Assembly: GCF_004010195.1 (NCBI RefSeq) | Contig: NC_057757.1 | Coordinates: 8,932,980 to 8,982,502, forward strand | DNA length: 49,523 bases | From: Chiloscyllium plagiosum | Taxonomy: Eukaryota | Direction of reading: 5' to 3' | Shown here: piece after piece, positions 12,267 to 24,943 of the stretch | How positions within the stretch are numbered: the stretch's first letter is position 1 | Layout: every line of letters starts with the position of its first letter | Translations under genes and position numbers: made by a program | The notes under the pieces: model-generated | Told to the model about the DNA's origin: nothing | Database searches by the model: none | The model's input: only the letters and a program-made list of their open reading frames with translations

Positions 12267-14809
12267 CTGTAAGTGGGAGAAAGGGGAAAAAAAACAGACT
12301 TGAAGTTACTGATCAAACATTCTGTGCTCGTTAGTAATTGCTGCAGATTGTAGTAATTGCACAAAAATAATTGCTGTTTCAAATTTAAAGAATGAAGATT
12401 AATTAATCTGAACCATGGCATTAAACTTAGTAAATGAATCACTTGCACTTTTAGAAGACACAGGGGAAAAAATAACATAAGCAGTAGATTGCTTACAGAA
12501 ACACAGTCACGTACTCAATGTTTTTTTTGGGGTGGGAGGGTGTTTGGCAGGAGTCAATTTCACCTTTTTTATAAATTACTCAGACTGGATGGAATTTCTC
12601 ATAACATCACAGCATCGATAGGAAAACATCCGGGATCTATGAATGGGAGTCAACTAGCACAGACATTGATTCTTGTATTCGGCTTTGGAACCTCAACATC
12701 TCAGATTGCCTCCAGAATTGTATATTCACACTCTGTAAGTGATAGCAAGGGTGTTGAATCACTCCACACTGTCCAGGATTGGATGTCCTGCAAAATATGG
12801 ACGAAGCAATGATCAGACACTAAGTCCCTCCCACATGTACAGGATTGAACATCCTGACAATGTGACCAATGAAAGTATTCAGTAATGAACTCTACAATTA
12901 TGTCCCAGATTTTATACCAACCTCAATTAGAAGAACGTCAACATTTGATAAGTCCCCCCATCTGTTCAAGACTGTACACCACTGCCTCTACCAAAATAAA
13001 ACCTGAGTCAATGCAGCATTAGTCATTTCGGCATTCCAGTTGAGAAATCAGACAATTTATCTGGGATGAAGCAAAGCTTCCTGCCTGGCGTTAAGGCTCA
13101 CACTCTGAAGTTCCTCTCTTAGGCCCTCTCCTGGTGATTGATAAATGCCCACCCAGATTCGAAAGAATCTGGAGGCAGAAATTCCCATAATTTAACTAAC
13201 GTTTTCCATGCAAATCGCCAGAATTTTACCACATCCTGGCATTAGAGACTGATCAACACTATATTAGTTGATAGCCAAAGACAAAATAATACTCTCAATT
13301 GAATGTGCTTGGGAGGGACTTCACAGAGACGAGAATTGTTTGGAGAATGTCAAAGGATAACAGCAAAGAAGGGCAACATGGGAAATGTTTGACAAAATTG
13401 TTTGAGCCACTGTGTTGCCTGTTGCTACAACAATACAGATCTCAGTGTTTGTCCTGTTAACTCCGCACAGTTTGCTGCTGTGATTCAGATTCTTTAAGAA
13501 GTACAGTGTTTCTTTTTCACAAATGACACAATTCACACGCCAATTTTTCAATCAGATAATTCAATACACATCATAAAATTGGAACCCTGTGCTCAAAACT
13601 CGTTCCAGCGATCTCTCCTCCCAAATTTCGCACCCCCTACATATCCACTGACTTATAAAAAAAGCAAGATAGTCAAAGCCATCCAGGCTGATTCCTCCCT
13701 TACCACTCCATAATGACCTGCTCAACCCACCCAATGCCCCCATTGTATCTGTGTTCCCATGTGGAGTAAACTGCCTGAGCAAGATCCACCAACAAGATAC
13801 CCTGACATGCAGGAATGGGAACACCAGATGTCACTTGCTACATAACCCACCTGACTGATAAAAGCTTTGAACCACAGAAAGACTGGTCTTGCTGAACACT
13901 TTCCGGCACAAGTCGAGGCCAGTGCTCAGCCAACCCGCGTCAATACAACTTCAGTGCAAACATATTATAGAGAAACAGAAACCAGTACAATCTTGCACAT
14001 GACTGATAGTCTCCTAATTGACTATTCACTTTAAACTCAGTAAGTGAGGACACTATTGTACAGCAGTGACATTTGCCTTGCTAAATGGAAATAAAATAAC
14101 TAACAGTTGTAGGTGGACATCGGAATGATTCAATTCAGAAATTTATTCAACTAAAGTTGATCCTTACAATGAATACCAACAACAGCAAGGTTGAATATTT
14201 TTTTCAACCCTCTCCCTTGGACATAATCGTTTTGTTGTTCGTCAAACAGCCTCTCCTTTCCTCCAAATGGCAATCTGTCGGAACTGGACAATTCTCACAG
14301 AATTGGAGCTGTCACAGTTCCAGAGACATTATTTTATTTTGTGAGGTATCTCCACTGGAAAACTGTAATAATCATGTGATATCACTGAGATTTAAGATCA
14401 TGTTTGGATAACTCAAAAACTGGATTAATTTGATTATATTAGATCTCAGTCGCTTATTGCAATTTGTCTTCAAACAGCAACGCTTGTATTATTTCACTAT
14501 CAGTCCCGTCAATATTTAAAGTTCTTTTGAGTCTTTTCAGTGATAACCTTCGTTTTTCTGAGGCTACTCAGTCATTCAACACTTCATTTTGTAGAGTTCC
14601 TTGACAGCTGTTCTCTGGCACATTGTTACACGACTGCTTTCCTTGTTCATTCAGTTTTACAACTCAGTTGGGAAAATCCTTCTGTGAATGAGCACTCTAG
14701 TGCAGAACCTGAAGCTGGTACGGACCACAACAACAGTTGGAACTTAAACTGGGTAATATCTTCTTGAAACACATACAAAGGAAAAAGACTAATCCAGGAA
14801 GTTGATCTC

Positions 14810-15660
14810 AGAATTCTAGAATGGCAGAACCATATAAGAATACAACAGGCCCTTTGGCCCATCATGTTTGTCTTGCAAAGATTGCACTAAATCTACATCA
14901 GTACCACTTCTCAGCACTTGACTCAGAGCCTTCAATGTTATGAGATTTCAAGTGAGCATCCAAGTTTTTTTTAAAGGTTGCGCGACTTCCCATCTCTTTA
15001 ACCTCCCAGCCAGTGCATTGCAGGTCCAGACGGTCCTTTAGGAGAGAAGTGTTTTCCTCATGTCCCCTCCAAACCTCCTGTCTTTCTACTTTAAATTATG
15101 CTTTGCGTGCATTGGCCCTTTGTCTAAGGGTAACAACTGTTTTCTTATACACCCTGTACATGCCCCTTGTTATCTTATACATCCCAATCTCTACTCTAAA
15201 CAAAGCAACTCAACATTATCCACTTTCTTTCTTCACAACTAAATTGCTGCCGCACAAGCGACATTCTGGTGAATCTCCTTTGTACTCGCTCCAAAGCAAT
15301 CACATCGTTGCTGTGGTGTAGTGACCAGAACTGGATATAACACTCCAATGTCCTGTACTGCTCCAACAGGACCTCCCTGCTCTTATAATCAATACCTCGA
15401 CTAGTAAAGACACATGTCCTGTATGCCTTCTCAACTACCCTATTAACCGGCTTAAGGACTCTGTAAACAAGCAGCTCAATTTCTATTCTCCAGGCTTCCT
15501 TTTGTCCCACCCTTGCATTGAGTCCATGCCTTGCCTTGTGAATCCTGCTGAATCACATCATCTCACATTTAATCCATGCTAAACTTCATCTACCACCAAT
15601 CTACTCATTTGACCAATCAGTCTATTTCTATCTGTAACCTGAAACTATTTTCCTCACTGC
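14810..15660 (-). mobile_element. Decayed CR1 LINE 3' portion
   Basis: ORF 15196..15510 contains RGIDYKSREVLLEQYRTLECYIQFWS and ALERVQRRFTRM. The reverse-complemented 3'UTR (acaggccctttggccc) is at about 14845. Confidence 0.85.
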
Positions 15661-15949
15661 CCTGATTAATGTTTTGTCAGCCACAAATGTGGACATTTAC
15701 AACAAATTCAAGAAATGGGAAACCATATAAACGTATAATGTTGCACACACATGAAATCAAAGAGGAAAGCAAGAAGTGCTGCTGAAATTTAGCAAATCTC
15801 TCAGCACCTGTAGAGAGAAATACAGAGTTAACCTTTTGCGTTCAATATAACTCTTGAAAACAGTGCTGAGGAGAAGTTATGTAGGACAGAAACGTTCATT
15901 GACTTTCTCTCTTCACATACAGCAGGCCTACTGAGTTTCTTCAGAACTT

Positions 15950-16200
15950 TCTGCTCGACAGCAAAGTTGCCAGTTTGATTGGCACCATACTTATGAACAG
16001 TCAGTCCATCCTCCACCAATATTCAGTGGCAGCATTGAGTATCACTGACAATATGCACTGCAGAAACTCACCAATTCTCCTTAGACAGCTCCAAATCAAT
16101 GCCCACTACCATCCTAAAGACTAAGGCGATAAATGCATGAGACCAACTATACTTGCATGTTCCCTTCTCAGCCACTCACTATCCTGACTTGGATATATAT
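15950..16200 (+). mobile_element. LINE 3' fragment, same family as 3580-3985
   Basis: KVASLIGT...SVAA...NMHCRNSP, and the shared 3' motif cactcactatcctgacttggatatatat. Confidence 0.55.
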
Positions 16201-16204
16201 TCTT

Positions 16205-16540
16205 ACGGTAAGATTGCTATAGTCCCATGAACCATTGGCTCCACTCTCATTAGTGAAACTCAACTGGTCGTGAGTTTAACCTGAGGACCGTTGTATGTCG
16301 GGATGGGTTGAGGTTGAGAATGTAGAACTTTCCTGGCCATCTCAGCCAGAGTAGGAATTGAACTTGCGCTGTTGGTATCACTCTCCATCACAAACCACCA
16401 ATGCAAACACCATTGCTGCAGGGGGTCAGTTAGTACAGTTGGCTGGACGGTTTGTCTGCAATGAGCAGATGTGAGGGGATCCTTATGTTAAACTCACCAC
16501 CAGGTCACTCTCTCTCTATGAGAGAACAGCTCTCTGGAAT
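16205..16540. mobile_element. Two decayed tRNA-derived SINE copies, head-to-head (minus about 16205-16400, plus about 16420-16540)
   Basis: A-box-like head gtcagttagtacagttggctggacgg at about 16425 and a minus-strand B-box-like ggaattgaac at about 16353. The body ttaaactcaccac...ctctctcta(a)tgag is shared with the copy at about 25525-25745. Confidence 0.55.
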
Positions 16541-17999
16541 GAAGGTGATTCCTTCAGTGTCCCTTTTTCACAATCTTGGAAAATCCCTCTCTCCCCTTCC
16601 CTTCACACCACAGACAAATTGTTCCTACACCATCAGGACACCAATGGCACAAAGAAGCAACTACCACCACATTCTCAACAGTAATAAATAGTGACCCAGT
16701 CAACAATGGCCAAGTACCCTAAATTAATTAATGAAACAAGTCCGCTAAAAGAAAGAACACCAAGATTCTGGCTGCCAGAAAATTCAAACACTTTTACAAT
16801 AAAATTGTTTGGTGTGTCACCATTTGGCAGATTTTAGGTGGATGGTGTGGATGGGAAGGGGCGTGACCATTGTTGCAAGAGAATGCAGTAATTTGATGAA
16901 TGCTCAGTTAAACCACATTTTAACCATGATAACACGCATTGAACAGAGAACGGCGCTGGCTGAATCTTCTGTAAAAACGTTTCTGAACTGTGAATATTTT
17001 CAAATAGCACTATCAGGAAGTGGTTACTCCATGTAGTAGGTCTTAAACTCCCTGCAGTGAAAAACAGGCATAACTTCTTATAATCCTAAATAATAGTCTG
17101 ATAGTTGGTTAGTCCATGTGACTTAGACGTAAACATACCACTCGTGATCCAAGATTGGGCAGGGTTTATGACCGAGGGGTATAAAATATAGTGCTCGTGC
17201 CCACATTTCAGTAAATTGGTTACCATCATTGTAACGAGATTGTTGTGCAACCAGGATAGAATCTGTAATGGTATTTGAAGCGTGTAGTTTTCCCTGGTGT
17301 AGCTGTGGGATAAGACAAGTCCCAGAAGAGCACAGTAACTTCTAGAGTGAAAAGTTTCGCATTCAAACCAACGACGATTGATTAGTGTAAGGATATGACA
17401 TTAAAACATCTGATCTGAAGGAGATAGGGAATGAGACTTGGGTCAAGAGCAGGCTCAGAATGGTCTATCTGAGACGAGTCCCCATCATCTGTCCTGTGGG
17501 GATAGACTCGCTGTCTGCACTTCAAAACCTCACTTTCCAGTTGTAAATCTTGTCTTACTGAATTATCTAATGTCATTGCTAACAAATTATTTCAATCTGA
17601 TTTATGCAAAGCAAACCATACCTGATTGTATTTGTTAAATGACTGCAAATAGTGGTAACTGTTTAGTGAACCTATTTGACTCCCTTGAGGCTTGATGTTA
17701 GAATTGGAACTTGAATTAGATTTTATTATCATGTGTACTCAAGCGTTAGAATACCTGAGCTCAGTGAAAAGTGCATACAGTCGCCATTCTCCACCACCAT
17801 CTTGGTTCAGAAACCAAGATGTCTGCAAAAATATAGATTCAGTTCCCTTATTTGGCCATACACAGGCAGAATCTGCCACATCCTGAAGAAATCTTTCGAA
17901 AATGGGTTAACCACTATCCAGCTTGTGGAAGAGCTTTACTCTTGAATTCTTAAGAATGTTGCTCTTCCTGGTGATTCATTGTTCAGGCCCAATGTATTG

Positions 18000-20200
18000 G
18001 AAGATTGAAGGTGGACGCCCTGCATTCAGAAAGGGAATCAAAAGCAGGAATATCAGGCCAGTTAGCTGAACACATCACAGGGAAATTGTTGAAAGGTATT
18101 ATTTAACCAGACACACGGGACACGTTGACCAGTTCAAGTTAACCTGCAGAGATGACTTTGTTCGTGATTTAATGGCATTTTTGAGAAAGTAAAATGAAAT
18201 AAAGAGAGTCCAGAGTCAACATATTCCTGTTAGGGTGAAAGGTATATTCCTGTTAGGTGCAGGGAATGTTGGATGACGACAGAAATTGAGGTTTTGATGA
18301 AGAAAAAGAATGAAGCATATGGCATGTATAGACAACAAAGATCGAGTGATTCCTTAGAAGACTATAAAAGCAGTAATAGTATACTTCCAAGGGAAATCAT
18401 GAGGGCAAAATGAGGGCAAATAACTTTGGCAAATCAGGTTAAGGAGAATCCAAAGGGATTATATAAATACAATAAGGAGAAAAGGGTAACTAGGGAGAGC
18501 ATAGGGCCGCTTAAAGATCAGCAAGACCACAAATGTGAGGTACTGCAACAGACTGGGGAGATACTGAAAAAATGTTTTGCATCAGTGTTTACTGTGGAGA
18601 AGGGCATGGAAGAAATCGAATGCAGTGAGGTGGCAAGGTGGCTCAGTGAGTAGCACTGCTGTATCATAGCGTCAGGGACCCGGGTTCGATTCCAACCTCA
18701 AGTGACTGTCTGTGTGGAGTTAGCACATTCTCTCCGTGTCTACGCAGTTTTCCTTCCAATGCACAAGTTTTCTCCCAAAGTCAAGATATGTGCAGGTTAA
18801 ATGAATTGGCTGTGCTCAATTGCCCGTAATGTGCAGGTTACGTGCATTAGTCATGGGTAAATCTAACATAAGAGATTGAAGGAGAGGTCTGCATGGTTAA
18901 TCTTCGGAGGGTCAGGGTGGACTTGTTGGACTGAAGGGTCTGTTTCCATACTGCAGCGATTCTCTTAAATAGATGGGTGAGTTTTAAAATATGTCCATAT
19001 TAGAGAGGAGGAGGTGCTGGATGTCTTGAAACACTTAAAAATGCAAAATCCCAAAGACCTGGTCAGGTGCACCTAGAACTCTGTGAGAAGCGAGGGAAGT
19101 GATTGCTGGGCTCCTTGCTGAGATATTTGGATTATTGATTATCGCAGGTGAGGTGCTGAAAGACTGGAACTTTTGTCAAATGTGATTTCACTATGTAAGA
19201 AAGGTCAGGGAACTGTATACCTGACATCGGTGGTGGGCAAATTGTTGGAATGAATACTGAGAAACAGGACTTCCATGTAATTGGATAGACAAGGACTGAT
19301 TAGGGATAGTCAGCATGGTCTTGTGAGTGGGCAATCACGTCTCACTAAATTGATTGAGTTTTTTGAAGAAGTCACCAAGAGGATTAATGAGGAGAGAGCG
19401 GTGGACACGATCTCTAAGGACTTCAGTAAGGTATTTGACAAGGTTCCTCATGATAGACTGGTTAGCAAATTAGATCTCATGGAATACAGGGAGGAAGAAG
19501 ACAAATGGTGGTGGTGGAGGGTTGTCTTTCAGACTGGAGACCTGTGACCAATAGAGTGCCAAAGGATCGATATTGTGTCCACTGTTTTTTTGTCACTTAT
19601 ATAAATGAGTTGGATGTGAACATAAGAGATACTTAGTAAGACTGTAGATGATACCAAAATTGGTATGTCGTGAACAGTGAAAAGTACAGTTCGGAGTACA
19701 ATGGGATCTTGATCTGATGGGATAATGCACTGAGGAATTGCAGATGGAGATTAATTAGATAAATGTGAGGTGCTGTAGTTTGGACAGGCAAATCGGAGCA
19801 GGACTTATACACTTAATGGTAAAGTGCTGGGGAGTGTTGCTGAACAAAGAGACCTTGCAGTATTGGTTCATAGCTCCTTGAAAGTAGAGTCGCAGGTAAA
19901 TACGACAGTGAAGAAGGCAAACAGTATGTTTTTCTTTATTGGTCAGAGCATTGAGTACAGTAGTTAGGAGGTCATGTTGCAGCTGCACGGGAAAATTAGT
20001 TAGGCCACTTTTGTAATATTGTGTGCATTTCTGGTGTCCTTTTTTCAGAAGGATGTTGTGAAACTTGAAAGGGTTCAGAAAAGATTTAAAAGGATGTTAT
20101 CAGAGTTGGCGGATAAAGGGCACAGATAGGTTAAATAGGCATGGTCTTTTCCCTGGGGTAGGGGAGTCCAGAACTAGAGGGCATAGGTTTAGGGTGAGAG
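18000..20200 (+). mobile_element. Decayed CR1 ORF2 fragments
   Basis: ANQVKENPKGLYKY, QHGLVSGQSRLTKLIEFFEEV, DFSKVFDKVPH, DDTKIG and SRTRGHRFRVRG motifs. Confidence 0.9.
18629..18965 (+). mobile_element. HE1-type V-SINE nested in CR1
   Basis: tRNA-like head ggtggctcagtgagtagc...gggttcgattcc, V-domain-like tgtgtggagttagcacattctc, CR1-like tail ggacttgttggactgaagggtctgtttcc. Confidence 0.85.
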
Positions 20201-21145
20201 GTGCCTTCGTTTGGGATTGTTATTTTGTGTTTGGCTATCAATTTAGACCTGCACTTATTACTCTCTGATGCCAAGCAGTGCTACAAATCTGCTGGTCTCC
20301 ATGCAGAGTGCCAGGTAAACTATGGGGATTTCTAGCCCCGGTGTATGCTGCAAATCTGGGAGAGAGGTCTCCAATCACAAGGAGAAGGCCTCGTTTAGGA
20401 GGTTGGATTCATAAATCTGGACATCAGTCAGGAAGCATTGTTTCATCCCAGATAAAGTATCTGATATAAGTTGCAATTATTAATGCTGTATGGATATTGA
20501 TTTTATTTGGCTGGGACTGCGGTGTGTAGTCGTGGACAGGTGGGGGAGTCCGTGTAAAACTGCAGTGGTATCAAATCTGTGACATGGTGGTTGGAATCAC
20601 TTTTGTATACCTTCCTGGTTCCCATTGTCAGGATGTTCAAACCTATGCACGAGGAAAGGACTCAATGCATGATCATTTGTTCATCCATATTGTGGAGGGC
20701 ATCCATTCCTGGACATTGTAGAAAGAGACTCCAAAGTCTTTTGGGGGAGTCTTGCAATTAGAGTCTCTGTTAGGTTTCTCACATTCTTTGTTTCACTAAT
20801 CCCTGCTGTCTTTGTTTGGATATTATGGTCTTAGGAGGAACTCCAGCCAGTCACAGTAAACTAGAAAGCTGGTGGAATCAACACTTGCCAAACCCCTCCC
20901 TCCAAAAAAACTTGAGTACATGACAGTATTTCTGTGAGCAATCTGCTGCTCATTTCCTTTCTTCTATCTTTCATAAGTGCAAATTATTAATTTAGACAGA
21001 ATTTGTTGCATGGTTCAGCTTCTTTAAATTTCATATAACACAAAATAACAATTATCTTTGTTCCACTACTTACAGTCTGGAATCAGGCACGGAGAATGTT
21101 TGATCAGTAACTTGAAGACTTTTTTTTTCTTTTTCTCTCTCTTAG

Positions 21146-21960
21146 TCTAGTGGTTAATCTTAGCTCAGGGCAAGTGCGGTATTTCTACATGCATCAGTTG
21201 CTATCTGGTTGCCATGGCAGTGTCTTATCTACTGTTCATTTTTCTTATAATATACTTCATTAATTACAGCAATATTATTATTCACGGTGTTTCCTGGACA
21301 TCAGTCCTGTCTGTAGTGTTTGCTATGTCCTGAGCTGCTTGACAATTGATTATTCTGTCTGGTTCACTGTTGTTTTTCATTTGATCGATTTGTTGCTGTG
21401 TGTTTTATTCAAATGAAAACTGAGTATTGCACAGAGAAAACTGCAATGAGGGTTCTCGCAATCAGTGCTTTCTTTTATTTAAAGAACATTCCCAACTACT
21501 TTCGATTCAAATCTAGAAAAATCATCAACAACATTCCATGGTGCTGTTATACCAGCTCCAGTTATTGTAATGACTGCCGGTGGGCTATACTTTCAATATT
21601 TTGAAACCATTTTAACAGCATTTCTTCCATTTTCTTTTATTCTCCTTATCAACATTCTGATATTCGAGACCATTAAGGTGCTAAAGGGATTGGGGGTCCA
21701 GTGAAACACAGATAATGATATAGAGAGCAGAAAGATTTTACTTTTTGCCATATTCACCAGCTCCATATTTCTCTGATTGATGCATATTTAATATTGTTTT
21801 CATATCAGATTTTCACTGAATTCAACTGCTTTTGATCTCGTTGAACAAGTCGCATATGTGCTGCGGATCCTAAGTTGCTGAGTTTCAGAGACCAGTTAAA
21901 GTGATGCAGCGAAATAGCCCGGGTCTAAAAATAATTAAAATGATGAATAACTTCAAGTAG
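21146..21960 (+). pseudogene. GPR139/GPR142-like class A GPCR pseudogene, copy 2 (main coding exon)
   Basis: T-rich acceptor at 21121-21145, then QGKCGISTCISCYLVAMA, FLDISPVCSV, DYSVWFTV, FDRFVAVC, YCTEKTA, KNIPNYF, LPFSFILLINIL, YVLRILSC. Multiple frameshifts and stops. Exon 1 not found. Confidence 0.85.
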
Positions 21961-22747
21961 CTGAGAGCCAAAATTAAGTGCAGCAGATAATGGAACAAGG
22001 AGTCAGTGTGAGGAATGGCGCAAAAGGAAAAGGAGGAGAAGCAATGTGATGACACTTCTGTTTTCATGGTCAAGGAATGATTCCATCTGAGGACCAGGAT
22101 GAAGGAGACTGCAGAAGCAAATCACTGTCAAGTGCTGTTAGCAATGTGCAGCAGCTAGTAGGAAACCGAATAGCAGAAACATAATCTGAAAGAGGAAATA
22201 GACACGGACAATAAATACATTCATCACAATTAATACGTTGTCCGTGAATGAAGCTGATACAGAAATAAATTACCTGGAGGAAAGTATCATTGTTTCTTGC
22301 AGGACAGAAAAGGAAGCAGAAGGGAAGGGTCTTCTCTGCTCTCCCTCACTGAATTCTTTGATCCACGCTTCTGGACTATTATTTTAAAAAATCAGAAGTT
22401 TCCTATTTTAAAAAAGAAATAACATCCTGGAAAGATTCTGTGCTTTTTGATTGCAAATTTATTTTCAACAATAATTAACTTTGTTTTCAATCAGTTTGCT
22501 GATATCATTCAGTTTCTTTATCCATTCCTTTCCACGAACCAGCTGATAATTTCCGAGGGGAATGCAAGGCCAACCACAGGGACTTCTGGACTCCCTCTCT
22601 GCACCTTCCAAGGACCGGGGTCCCTCTCCTAATAAAGATAATCCCAAAATACACCTCTTGAGGTAAGTTATTGTTACATGACCTAATTTCACCTTTAGTG
22701 GGTCACATTCAACTGTTTAATTTCTCATGATAAAGGTATTTTAAGTG

Positions 22748-23059
22748 TTTGGGGATTGTATTATGTTAAAGTGCATTGTGATGATATTAGTGAATATAGC
22801 TGTCTTCCAAGCAGGTGACCTGGGTTTGGGAATTGTATTATGTTAAAGTGCATCGTGATGATATTAGTGAATATAGCTGTCTTCCAAGCAGGTGACCTGG
22901 GTTTGGGGATTGTATTATGTTAAAGTGTACAGTAGTGATATTAGTGAACATAGCTGTCTTCCAAACAGGTGACCTGGGTTTGGGGATTGTATTATGTTAA
23001 AGTGTACAGTAGTGATATTAGTGAACATAGCTGTCTTCCAAGCAGGTGACCTGGGTTTG
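22748..23059 (+). repeat. Tandem array of 4 x 77 bp whose unit contains a decayed tRNA-Gly(TCC)
   Basis: Units start at 22751, 22828, 22905 and 22982. Each holds gtga(at/ac)atagctgtcttccaa(g/a)caggtgacctgggttt, which resembles vertebrate tRNA-Gly-TCC GTGAGCATAGCTGCCTTCCAAGCAGTTGACCCGGGTTCG (recalled sequence). Confidence 0.9.
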
Positions 23060-23619
23060 ATTGCTATCAATTACAATTTTCAATTTTCACATTGATTAAT
23101 CAGAAAACGTCAGTGAAGTAGAATTTGATCAGATTGCAATATATACAGCTTTCATTCCAAGACCGTAAAAAGCAAAGCAGAAGCAGACAAAGGCACTTGG
23201 GACTAAACCATTTTCCTGCTGCTTTCTCTCACTCCTACCTCCCACCCTCCCCCGCCCTTTCTGATCCCACAGAGATGCCGTTGGGTGTGCTCCATCCCTG
23301 TTGGGTGTACCCCACCTAGAGTGAGCTGGGAACTGACTGGATTGGCTAGGTATTGGGCTGGGGTGGGGGGGGGGGCCTTTGAGTAACAGATATGGAGGTA
23401 AGTCAGTGAGGTTCTGGCAAACATTGTCTCTTTTGCCATGTGCACTGAACAGGGGTGAGTATCTGTGTGTTTCCAGTTTGATCCGTCAACTTCACACCCT
23501 CCCCCTCTCTGAATCTGCCATTTGGAAGCAAACTTCTGGAGCAGGGTCTGTCCCTAATGAGAGAAAGGAAGAAACCATCCAGAGACTTAGGACCAACTGG
23601 AATGGTGACAAACACCTCT

Positions 23620-23872
23620 TTAATCTCATCTCTCTGATTTTTCCTTTATCTCTGTCTCTCTCTGTCTTGGTCTCTCACTCTGTCTCTCTCACTTTATACT
23701 TGTCTCTCCCCCTCCCAATTTTTCTCCTTCTCACGCTGCCTTTCTCTCTTTCTTACTAACAGTCCCTCTTTTTGTCTTTTTCTCTCTTGCCTCCTCTTTC
23801 TACCTTCATCCATGTCCAAGGTCACTTCTGCCTCTCTCTGCCTCTCTCGCCTTCTCCCTCTCTCCTCCTCAG
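23620..23872 (+). repeat. CT-rich low-complexity tract
   Basis: Near-continuous pyrimidine (TC)n-like sequence. Confidence 0.8.
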
Positions 23873-24189
23873 GAACTCAGGGCAAGGTAAGTCTCCTCTC
23901 CTCCCCTCGCAGACTAATAGGCCCTGAGCTGGAGGACATGGTGAGGACGTGCAGAAACTAACTGGCCTTTTGATTGACGGCTGCAATGCACACCAAGATC
24001 CCACCCTGCAACTGCCCCCTCCACAAACTCAATGAGTCCTCATGCCCCTTCAACTTGCCCTTCCCCACAGCAGGAGAAAAGCAGGAGAGACAGACAGAAA
24101 GATGGATCCAACTGCATTATCTGTACAGCACCCTATGGCACTGAGTACAAATCTTCCCAATGTGCCTTCCCCTTAGTACAGGGCAGAAG

Positions 24190-24500
24190 AATCCAGAGGG
24201 AAGGGAGAAAGAACATGCAGGAGGGAAAGAGAGATGGACATACAGCCAAAGAGAGGGAGAGAAATTGTGAGAAGGAGAGACAGACAGAGGGAGTAAGAGA
24301 AAATGAGAAGGACCGACAGAGAGTGGGAGACAGAGATAAAATGTCAGACAGATCCAAGGAGAAAGAGGGCATGCAGGGAGAGAAAACACAAATAGAAAAG
24401 GAGTTCAGAAAGAGAGCAAAAGAGTAATCACAGGGAGACATGCTGGACAGAGAGAGAGAGAGTTGCAACAACAGAGACGTAGAGATAAGAGAGTGTGAGT
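24190..24500 (+). repeat. GA-rich low-complexity tract
   Basis: Degenerate (GA)n/(GACA)n sequence. Confidence 0.8.
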
Positions 24501-24905
24501 GCTGCTACAGTGCAGTCAGAGTGATCTTCAGAGAAGAGCAGCAAGATCGCACAGGGCTGATAAAAAGGTGCACAGAGAGATGAGCAAGGATGTTGGTTTT
24601 GTGAAAGATTAAATGATTATGCTTTCCTGAAACAAATGGTGGGGTGACAAAGAGGTAGAGAGATCTCGGAAGGAAATCTACAGGGGAACGTGAACAGAAC
24701 GGAGATGTGAAGGATGCGGATAGATGGGGACTGAAGGAGAGACAGCTGCGAACTTGGAAGTAGAGATGACAGCTGTCGTGAGAGATGGAGATAGTGAAAT
24801 CGATGGGATCAAAGTGTGCAGCAGCCTCCCCCCATCTTTTTGCTCTTTTGCTTCCCACCCGAGCCAGAACACACCACCTTATGGTAACAATTGCACAGCT
24901 TGTCT

Positions 24906-24907
<2 letters not shown>

Positions 24908-24942
<35 letters not shown>
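24908..24942. repeat. (GT)n microsatellite
   Basis: Perfect GT dinucleotide run. Confidence 0.98.

Positions 24943-24943
<1 letters not shown>

Noticed and set aside
13560..13960. Possible very old Penelope-like fragment
   Set aside because: Only a vague resemblance, with no diagnostic motif I can support.
22748..23059. CRISPR-like array
   Set aside because: Units are contiguous near-identical repeats with no unique spacers, there are no cas genes, and the DNA is vertebrate.
22983..23075. Functional tRNA-Gly gene
   Set aside because: Acceptor stem, D-arm and T-loop (GTTTGA instead of GTTCGA) are degenerate and no CpGs remain. Treated as a pseudogene-derived repeat.
24032..24471. ORFs of 90-131 aa rich in E/R/K or S/L/F
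   Set aside because: Translations of GA/CT low-complexity sequence.
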